From Thermococcus sp. JdFR-02 (lineage in GTDB: Archaea; Methanobacteriota_B; Thermococci; Thermococcales; Thermococcaceae): DNA of 10,169 bases. Positions 1-6,430 of the stretch are shown here, in pieces (positions within the stretch are counted from its first letter, which is position 1; every line of letters begins with the position of its first letter). The notes below the pieces were generated by a model that saw only the letters and a list, made by a program, of their open reading frames with translations, had not been told where the DNA came from and made no database searches. A program made the translations under genes and the position numbers. The stretch lies in NCBI GenBank assembly GCA_002009975.1, contig MTLP01000016.1:1-10169 (forward strand). Direction: 5' to 3'.

Positions 1-25
1 CTACATCCTTTTTGCGACCAAACAT
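1..25 (-). CDS. 5' end of a gene running off the left edge (MFGRKKDV...)
   Basis: Minus strand reads AGGAGGTGAGAAAGGTC-ATG TTT GGT CGC AAA AAG GAT GTA. A strong archaeal-type SD (GGAGGTGA) lies 8 nt before the ATG at 25 and the frame is open to the edge. Confidence 0.65.
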
Positions 26-27
26 GA

Positions 28-158
28 CCTTTCTCACCTCCTGTCTGGCTTTTGGAGAAGCTTCTCGAAATGTGCCGCATTGCTGTGTTTTTATGGGGGC
101 GAGGGGTGCGGCAACCCCCCGCCCCCGAGTAACCCTGAGGAGGTGAGAAAGGCTCCTC
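28..158 (-). promoter_or_regulatory. Structured intergenic leader with SD/anti-SD inverted repeat and GC-rich hairpin
   Basis: 28-42 CCTTTCTCACCTCCT is the exact reverse complement of 138-152 AGGAGGTGAGAAAGG. Hairpin at 95-126; alternative stem 137-142/153-158. Confidence 0.6.
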
Positions 159-166
159 CTATTCTA

Positions 167-469
167 TCAGAGTCCTTCTATCTGGGCAAAAAGTTCTTCA
201 TAAGGTACTGATACTTTCTCAGAAATTTCCATGACTTCAACGCTAGTTACAGAGTGCAATTTTATGCGTTCAAGCTGCTCTAGCTGCTCTAAAGCTATGT
301 CAGGGTTATTGCTGATGTGTGCGATGTCAATACCACAAGCGCGAAGGACGCTTTTGGCGCATTCAATGTGGTAATCCCTCTCTGCCTTAGTTTGCGCCTC
401 ACGAGCAAGGCGCAGATAAATACTAAAATCTCTAATTAGGGTATTTTTACCTACCATCATAGGCGCCAT
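167..469 (-). CDS. Hypothetical protein (100 aa, probably helical)
   Basis: ATG start after purine-rich AGAGGGG; normal amino-acid composition; no motif recognised. Confidence 0.7.
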   Translation of the reverse strand: MAPMMVGKNTLIRDFSIYLRLAREAQTKAERDYHIECAKSVLRACGIDIAHISNNPDIALEQLEQLERIKLHSVTSVEVMEISEKVSVPYEELFAQIEGL

Positions 470-757
470 CCCCTCTTTTTGTTTTTTTCAGTCCCTAAAG
501 AGTCCGCCCTTTCTTGCAGTTATCGTGCGAAGCGGTGATTTCCATCTTCCCTGCTCCATCGCCTGTAACTTGAGGAGTTCTCCTACAACTGTCGCAGGAA
601 CCCACACAAGTCCTTAAAGTTGCAGGGATCCCAGCTCCCGCTTATAGCATTGTTCTTCCAGAGCCATATTGCGGAAGATGCAGGCACTATGCCTGCAGTG
701 ACCCGTGCCCACTGGTGTACTGAAAAGAGAACCTTCTCTCTCATCAATTTTTGATTT

Positions 758-807
758 TGTTAACATAAATGTATAGGTTGTTAACAATGCAATCAAATAG
801 TTAACAA
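758..807. promoter_or_regulatory. Triple GTTAAC palindromic operator upstream of the RHH gene
   Basis: GTTAAC at 759-764, 780-785 (within the 10-bp palindrome TTGTTAACAA, 778-787) and 800-805; spacing 21 and 20 bp in an AT-rich stretch. Confidence 0.6.
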
Positions 808-821
808 CACAGGTGGCGGGC

Positions 822-1352
822 ATGTCCAAAATGATTGGCTTCCGAGCCCCCGCTGCCCTCCTTGATGAGTTCCGCGAAACACTCAAGAAAGAGGGGGCGA
901 ACGTGAAGGGAGGGCAACAGAAAGCACTAGAAGAGGCTATGAGATTGTGGATTGCCAGCAAGAAGAAAGAAGTTGTTGTATTAGACACTGAGAAGGAGGT
1001 GAACGCCTTGGTTCCGGTGAAAGATATAACTCCGGAGCTCGTTATAGAGAAGGAGGAACTTTCTGTCCATCCTGTAGCTGAGCGGTTTCCGCAGAAGGTT
1101 TTTGTGTATCTCGCTCATGTACTCGTGGAGGCTGCGAAAAAGAATGGTAAGATGGTGACCTGCCAAGTCAGGATGCCTGACGGTTCTATAAAGCCCCTGG
1201 AGTGCTCTCCTGACGAGGCTGTTTCAAAAATTAAAGAAGCTTGGAACCTTGGTATTGCTGGTCAGATTGCCTCTGTAAAACTGGACAACGGCGAATTGTC
1301 CCTTGGTAAAGACTTCTTTGACAAAGTCCCTGCCTCACTCCTCCTTATCTGA
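822..1352 (+). CDS. Ribbon-helix-helix (CopG/Arc-like) DNA-binding protein with unknown C-terminal domain
   Basis: N-terminus KMIGFRAPAALLDEFRETLKKEG...QQKALEEAMRLWI fits the RHH pattern of a beta strand and two helices. SD AGGTGG at 811-816 favours ATG 822 over GTG 813. The 3' end overlaps the convergent gene by 18 bp. Confidence 0.7.
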   Translation: MSKMIGFRAPAALLDEFRETLKKEGANVKGGQQKALEEAMRLWIASKKKEVVVLDTEKEVNALVPVKDITPELVIEKEELSVHPVAERFPQKVFVYLAHVLVEAAKKNGKMVTCQVRMPDGSIKPLECSPDEAVSKIKEAWNLGIAGQIASVKLDNGELSLGKDFFDKVPASLLLI

Positions 1353-1997
1353 GAGCCTCTGCTGAATGATGGGCAGGTGCAAATCTGCCCACTCTGGTTT
1401 TCCACCTTTATGATCCAACGATACTATAAAGGATTTCTCCTTCAAGTCTGAAGCAAGCTTGGCGACGGTGTCCCTCAGCTTGAATTTGTCGTTGCCCTTT
1501 TTGATCCCATGAAGTTTCTCTGTCTCTTCGTCCCACTCGACACCGCCGTAGCTGGGCAAACCAACGAATTCTGGGTTGAGTGTTTCAATGATTGCTTTGA
1601 TGACTTCTATTTCATTCAAATGGATGTCCGCTATTATTAGTCCTCTGAAGTACACGAGTTTCCTGCCGTGCCTTGTTTTGATAACCAACCATATCCATGG
1701 AGTGTGTTGATACTTCAACTCCTTGCCCGTAATTCTCTCGGCATCTGTCCGACCAATCCACTGGACTGTGATGATATTTTTGCCGACTTTATCCCTGAAG
1801 GTCTTGTAATAGTGGGGCGCAGGAATGTCTTCTGGCACCTTGACGAAATATGGGACTTTTACTTCAACCGCTGGATTTAGTGGAAGGTGATCCCTATGAG
1901 GGTGGCTGATAATGACGATGTTCGACTCTAGAAACCCCCTGCAGTCTATGTTGATTTCTGTAAAAATGTCCCTTAGAACCTCCTGCAACTCTAACAT
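1335..1997 (-). CDS. Metallo-beta-lactamase-fold metallohydrolase
   Basis: IIISHPHRDHL matches the HxHxDH motif (1887-1904). Further candidate ligands: HTP, IIADIH, SLDH. SD GAGGTG (2004-2009) favours ATG 1997 over GTG 2006. Confidence 0.75.
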   Translation of the reverse strand: MLELQEVLRDIFTEINIDCRGFLESNIVIISHPHRDHLPLNPAVEVKVPYFVKVPEDIPAPHYYKTFRDKVGKNIITVQWIGRTDAERITGKELKYQHTPWIWLVIKTRHGRKLVYFRGLIIADIHLNEIEVIKAIIETLNPEFVGLPSYGGVEWDEETEKLHGIKKGNDKFKLRDTVAKLASDLKEKSFIVSLDHKGGKPEWADLHLPIIQQRLSDKEE

Positions 1998-2027
1998 CCC
2001 TACCACCTCACGCTAGCTGCTGTGCAG

Positions 2028-2948
2028 CTACCACCTGTTGCGGCTCCGCCACATCGCTGGCGTTCCATGTCTCTTAGTCGTTCTCTTGGCTCTGCGCTTC
2101 ATCTGTGCTCTGGTTCTGTGTGACTTACGCGTATGCACTACCTTGCGGCGGTGCAGGCCCTTGGTACTCCAGAACGGGCGCTCCCATCGCCTAACCGCAA
2201 GGCGCCTAGGGGTGAAGCGTCCACGCTTTCTTGGAGTGTTGCTCACCAACGGATCTGGTATTCTGCGCTGGTAGGGTTTCCATTCGCCGCACAACTGGCA
2301 GCGCAGGACATTGCCCTCGCGCCGCCAGACGTGCATCACATGCGGTAGCTTTGGCTTCTGAGGCACGCCGCTGAAGACTTCTCTGAGCGCCTTGCTGTCA
2401 TAGGATACTGCTAAGGCGCCGTACAGCTTCTTGAGGCCCTGAATGCTCTTCAGAGCCTCCTCATAATCAAGGAGGCCGTCGACAACATCGAACCTACTCG
2501 CGACTGCAGCGACTGACGCGAGCAGGATTCTGATGTCGACGTGTTCTAAGGGCATAACTTTTACCACGCCTTCCTCGCCCCGCGCGGTCTTAACCCGCAC
2601 GAGAGCGAAGCGCAATTGTCCGTTAACATAGACGTAGCAGTGTGGCGGGACGCTGCTGTACTTTGCTGCCTTTATCGGGCGCTCTGGGTAGAATATGTAG
2701 AATCTTCCAGTGCGCCCCAATACGAGGGTACCCTCCCATACATCGCCAGGGGCAACTGGTGCACCTCGGGCTGGGAGGATAACCCTATTATCACGGGCAC
2801 GGGCAATTGCCCTGCCGTCCCGCCCCACAAAGAAGGAGACTACCGCCTTCTGCTTGTGTGAGGTCTCTTCGATGACCTCCATTAGGAGGCACGGGTTGGG
2901 GATGCTGTAGCCCCCGACACCTAGGTTTATTCTTATTGTGGCAGCCAC
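2028..2948 (-). CDS. Hypothetical nucleic-acid-binding protein: OB/TRAM-like beta-rich N-terminus, HxxH...CxxC Zn site, Arg/Lys-rich tail
   Basis: GTG start after SD GGAGGTGGTGA. Segments GRDGRAIAR..RVILP..PGDVWEGTL and HVMHVW..CQLCG; about 80-aa highly basic C-terminus. Domain calls are by eye. Confidence 0.65.
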   Translation of the reverse strand: MAATIRINLGVGGYSIPNPCLLMEVIEETSHKQKAVVSFFVGRDGRAIARARDNRVILPARGAPVAPGDVWEGTLVLGRTGRFYIFYPERPIKAAKYSSVPPHCYVYVNGQLRFALVRVKTARGEEGVVKVMPLEHVDIRILLASVAAVASRFDVVDGLLDYEEALKSIQGLKKLYGALAVSYDSKALREVFSGVPQKPKLPHVMHVWRREGNVLRCQLCGEWKPYQRRIPDPLVSNTPRKRGRFTPRRLAVRRWERPFWSTKGLHRRKVVHTRKSHRTRAQMKRRAKRTTKRHGTPAMWRSRNRW

Positions 2949-3000
2949 TTTTCACCACCTCCTTTTTCAGTTGGAGGAGCATTCTGGCAGGCTGCCAAGT

Positions 3001-3177
3001 GAGATAGCCCGAGCTAACCCGTCTCAGTCTCCTTTTAGGATTAGCTCAGACTACTCCGACTCCAGAACGCTCCCCCTCACGACTCCGCCGGGGACAGTAT
3101 GCCCGCACGTCACGGAGCCGCTCCCTGCCCTCGCGGGCTTTCAGGGCGCGATCCTCGCCCTCCGCCCGGGAACAGGC
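3001..3177 (-). ncRNA. Putative structured RNA leader, copy 1 (unassigned family)
   Basis: Stem 3168-3177/3117-3125; GCCC-GCGA-GGGC GNRA hairpin at 3127-3138; 16-bp stem 3038-3053/3005-3020 with three G-U pairs that form only on the minus strand. Homologous to 3831-3985. Confidence 0.6.
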
Positions 3178-3393
3178 GACCCTAGCAGGCGTGCCAAGGT
3201 TTGAAAAAGGAGTAGCTTCTCCTTTGCCTGTGGATGTATAAAGAGACCCTGTCAGTCTGTCAGAACTGTGCCAAGGCAGATTTGATAAGTCCTCATAATA
3301 TAACTATAGGGCAAAATTTGTGATACACAGAATTATGCTGTTAAGGCAGGATCGAAAGAGCGTCATCGTAATACTGATCAGGAAGCACAAAAT

Positions 3394-3434
3394 AAAAAAA
3401 GCCCGAGCCGGCCTAGCAGGGCTGACTCGGGCTT
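3394..3434 (-). terminator. Hairpin plus T-tract terminator after the small membrane protein gene
   Basis: Minus strand AAGCCCGAGTCAGCC-CTGCTA-GGCCGGCTCGGGCTTTTTTT, about 40 nt after the stop at 3473. Confidence 0.7.
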
Positions 3435-3472
3435 ATGATCGCTTAGATTTTATAAAGAGTAAGGCCCCGCCG

Positions 3473-3802
3473 CTATGCGTAGGCTGGGTCATTGGTATCG
3501 GGCGGAGGATAGCCCTCCCACTCGACCTCGTGCTCCTCTGCCGCCGCCATAATGACGGCGGTGAGGAGCTGTGGGACCCCGGGCTTTTCAAGCACCTCAG
3601 GGTGCTTGTTGATAAGCTCAGTAAGTTGCCTGTGCAACTCGCCCGAGGTTGGTTGCGCATCCTCCTGAAGGACTGACGGAGGCTCTCTACACCGCTCAAC
3701 CATGCGTTTCTTGTATTCCCTGTCCATCCACAAAAGCAAAACCAAAGCAGAAGAAGCCATCCAAAACATCAAAAATACTGGGATGGCCAAAAACACTAAC
3801 AT
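3473..3802 (-). CDS. Small single-pass membrane protein (109 aa) with acidic C-terminus
   Basis: Hydrophobic N-terminus MLVFLAIPVFLMFWMASSALVLLLW followed by DREYKKR. SD GGGGTGGTGA (3808-3817) favours ATG 3802 over 3835. Has its own terminator. Confidence 0.7.
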   Translation of the reverse strand: MLVFLAIPVFLMFWMASSALVLLLWMDREYKKRMVERCREPPSVLQEDAQPTSGELHRQLTELINKHPEVLEKPGVPQLLTAVIMAAAEEHEVEWEGYPPPDTNDPAYA

Positions 3803-3830
3803 CTGAATCACCACCCCTGTTGGTGCACAA

Positions 3831-3985
3831 CCCATCTGCTTCGAGATAGCCTGAGCTAGCCCATCTCCGGGTCAGCAGGTTCCCCCAAAAGAAGCAGATG
3901 GGCGGCTGCTATCGAACTCCCCCTTCGAATTAGCTCCGGTGGGAGCCCGCTCCCTCCCGTCACCGGGTTTTGCCCGGGAGCAGGC
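3831..3985 (-). ncRNA. Putative structured RNA leader, copy 2 (unassigned family)
   Basis: 10-bp stem 3976-3985/3945-3954; CCCG-GTGA-CGGG GNRA hairpin at 3956-3967; perfect 12-bp stem 3891-3902/3831-3842. 3843-3867 is 22/25 identical to 3001-3025. Confidence 0.6.
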
Positions 3986-4471
3986 AAAATTAGCTTTTCA
4001 AAAAATAAGCTATACTTTTAACGCTCCTATTTTAATGGGTCTTTTACTACTCAAATATATTCGGATTCTGGTTGTTTCACGAACGCAGCAGCCCAACGTT
4101 TTCTACTCATCCCAAGTCCGTCTGATCTCCTCCTACTCCTCCGGCTCAGTAGCACTTTTCTATAAATAAATTAACGAAATACAAACAATATTAAAATATT
4201 ACAGCGTTTTGCTCAAAATTAAGCTGCTGATACAAAAAATATCAGTAAATTAATCTTGCCGTTTTGATACGTATCAGCATGCACCTCTGTCACAAATTTG
4301 CAGCGCGTATCATTTGTGCACGTAGAATTATTTGATACGTCCTTCACAATTGCGCAGGAGAATCAAAAAGATTCCTTAACAACTGTGCGGGTTGCACAGC
4401 TTGCCAAGGCATTAGATTGACGAAAAAGTGCTGGAAATGTACTGCCCGATTTTCCTGACACGCTGTGCGCG

Positions 4472-5695
4472 TCAGAACATTCTGAAGGGTGGCTTCAGCC
4501 TGAGCTCGCCACCAAAGAATTTCGCCATGCCCATGATTGATACAAAAGTAATCAGAATGGACACGGCAGGCACGACACCCACCGCAACAAGCAGGAACAC
4601 GGCTACGTTGTGGAAAGCCCTGATTGGGAGTGCTGCAGGCGACATGTAGACGGACTGCGGGTCAGTGGGGTCCGGAATGATGTCCCTGTATGAGAGGCTG
4701 GAGATGCCGAGGTGCAGGTTGCCGCTGCTGTCCACAGTGATCAGCCCGCCGCTAATGCCCGCAATGGCGCGCTTTGATAGGTCGTCAACGATCAGCACGC
4801 CAGCGTAAGTGACTACGGGAAACACGAAGAACATGCTCAGGGCGAAGCCCATAAGCGCAGCTCCTGCACGCCTTGTCGGCGATATTGCACGCATAACTAT
4901 CCCCATGGGCAGAAAGTAGGGTATAACGTAGGTCTGCGCAAACGCAAGCAGCATCTTCATCGCCAGCACAATGGTCAGGCCGTTCATGAGGTACTTCAGG
5001 ACATTCTTGAGCGTATCCTGCGCAAACCCGTTCAGCGCCTTCACCGCACCGGCAATCGCCAGGGCTGCTGCACCGAAGATTTGACCGACCAAGGGCACAA
5101 ACAGCGCGACCTGCCCACCCTCTTTCAGCACAGTGGTCAAAGGCTCTGCAAGTGCGTTCAGAGCCACCTTGAACAGCAGAACAGCACTGTAGAGGGTTGC
5201 GAGCCAGCCACCAAGCTCGTGATAGTAGTTCAGGCACTGACGGTACACCCAGTCCATGCCGAGCATGCCGTACAGATTTGTCACCGCACCCGCATACACC
5301 AGCGCAGCTATTATCACTGAAAAGACCAGCTCGTTCAGCTCTTCAGCAGCGCTCTCCCGGAGGTCGTAGTTCCCGGTGAGTCTGGCGTAGATGTAGAAGA
5401 GGAACACTATCAGCGCAACCAGCGGCAGAAAAGAGCCCATGATGACCGGAAACCATGTGAAGAACCCAACAGGCGAGGGAAAGTTGCCAAAAACTGTGGT
5501 CGTATTAATCACGTACCTCGAAGGGTCGAATGTAAAGGTTGTATCCGGCAGGGTGATTACCGTGAAGTCAGTCGTGTTATCTGGCAGAGTAGTCACAGTG
5601 AAGTTTACCTGTTTCGCAGCTTCTACATGCTCCTGCGGAACAAGGATAAGGACTGCCAACATCAGAATCGCAAACTTCATGCTTGGGCGCAGCAT
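4472..5695 (-). CDS. Polytopic membrane protein with signal peptide; tentatively CedA/VirB6(TrbL)-like DNA-transfer channel subunit
   Basis: Signal-like N-terminus, Thr-rich extracellular segment and many hydrophobic helices. FLPMGIVMRAISPTRRAGAALMGFALSMFFVFP recalls the G-x-x-L-R/M...R-x-AG..L-I/M-x-F..V-x-P segment of archaeal CedA/VirB6-like proteins (from memory, unverified). The ORF itself is solid. Confidence 0.6.
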   Translation of the reverse strand: MLRPSMKFAILMLAVLILVPQEHVEAAKQVNFTVTTLPDNTTDFTVITLPDTTFTFDPSRYVINTTTVFGNFPSPVGFFTWFPVIMGSFLPLVALIVFLFYIYARLTGNYDLRESAAEELNELVFSVIIAALVYAGAVTNLYGMLGMDWVYRQCLNYYHELGGWLATLYSAVLLFKVALNALAEPLTTVLKEGGQVALFVPLVGQIFGAAALAIAGAVKALNGFAQDTLKNVLKYLMNGLTIVLAMKMLLAFAQTYVIPYFLPMGIVMRAISPTRRAGAALMGFALSMFFVFPVVTYAGVLIVDDLSKRAIAGISGGLITVDSSGNLHLGISSLSYRDIIPDPTDPQSVYMSPAALPIRAFHNVAVFLLVAVGVVPAVSILITFVSIMGMAKFFGGELRLKPPFRMF

Positions 5696-5717
5696 CGCAG
5701 GAGAGAGCGGAGAAGCG

Positions 5718-5726
5718 TATATAAAA
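5718..5726 (-). promoter_or_regulatory. Archaeal TATA box for a leaderless transcript of the membrane protein gene
   Basis: Minus strand TTTTATATA ends about 22 nt before ATG 5695; no SD between them. Confidence 0.6.
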
Positions 5727-6327
5727 GAATCAGAACTCCCGCAAAGACTTTGCTATACCTCTAAACAAAATATTTAGATTCTACACCTGGACAAAAACAG
5801 CTGAGACGAATCATAACAACATGAATGTTCGTCATGGAGAAATGATTTGTGACAAGTATCAAAGTAGCTGGATGTTACCCGCAACACCATGCAACGTTAA
5901 TTCTTCTATTCGCTTCTGATTCTGTCCTGCTGCGTACGGCACCAGACACTGCTGATATACATCAGAATAAATCCCTGTAACAATTTTTCAGCCGTACATG
6001 CTGATTCAACTGCTGAATTGATACGTATCTGGCCGCTCATCCAATTCAGTGCGTCTTTTCCTGAAACCTGCCTTTCCGTGTTTTGGTCTTTCTCTTCCAG
6101 CGGTCGTCCAGTTGCCTGCTGGCATTCTGTCCTGCTCAGGTTCTGTGCTGGCGGTTCTCTCTGGTTCTTTTCTGCGTCTGGTTCCTGTGCAGTTCTCGGC
6201 AGTTTCCGTGCCTGCTATGCTCTGCTTTGCCTTCTGCCATGCACAGCTCAGAACCTCATTGCATTCTGCCATGCCAGCACTGCTGTATTCTTGGCTCAGT
6301 TCTGCCAGCTTTGCAATGTTAGCAGGA

Positions 6328-6430
6328 CTTGCAATGCCAAGCCAAGCTCAGCATGCATGCTTTGCGCTGCTCAGCACCGTACTGCTTTGCCCTGCATAGC
6401 TATGCCCTGCTCAGCGATGCTTTGCACTGC
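6328..6430. repeat. Degenerate pentanucleotide (NNWGC) tandem array
   Basis: 6361-6430 reads tttgc gctgc tcagc accgt actgc tttgc cctgc atagc tatgc cctgc tcagc gatgc tttgc actgc (13 of 14 units end in WGC). 6328-6352 reads cttgc aatgc caagc caagc tcagc. Confidence 0.8.

Noticed and set aside
614-988. 124-aa minus ORF
   Set aside because: Its first half is antisense to the RHH gene and it runs through the operator region. Only its 3' end is kept, as a weak pseudogene idea.
3038-3052. tRNA-like TAGCTCAG (also on the minus strand near 3850-3858, with GTTCGA at 3912-3917)
   Set aside because: No D-loop GG, no paired T-arm and no acceptor stem; cannot be folded as a cloverleaf.
3121-3143. IS200/IS605 end hairpin or archaeal SECIS resemblance (GAAAGCCC-GCGA-GGGCAGGGAG)
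   Set aside because: No tnpA/tnpB remnant and no in-frame UGA selenoprotein candidate nearby; the resemblance is superficial.
3132-3185. HDV-like ribozyme on the plus strand (TCCTCGC ... GCGA-CCCT)
   Set aside because: P1 is only about 5 bp, P3/L3 geometry does not fit, the motif is absent from copy 2, and G-U bias favours the minus strand.
2938-3204. 88-aa plus ORF
   Set aside because: Pro/Ser-rich translation of the GC-rich structured element; no SD; better explained as non-coding.
3320-3849. ORFs 3320-3676 (+), 3433-3699 (-) and 3649-3849 (+)
   Set aside because: Shadows of the SD-led, terminator-bounded 3473-3802 gene.
6328-6430. CRISPR array
   Set aside because: No 24-47 bp repeats separated by unique spacers here or elsewhere in the window.
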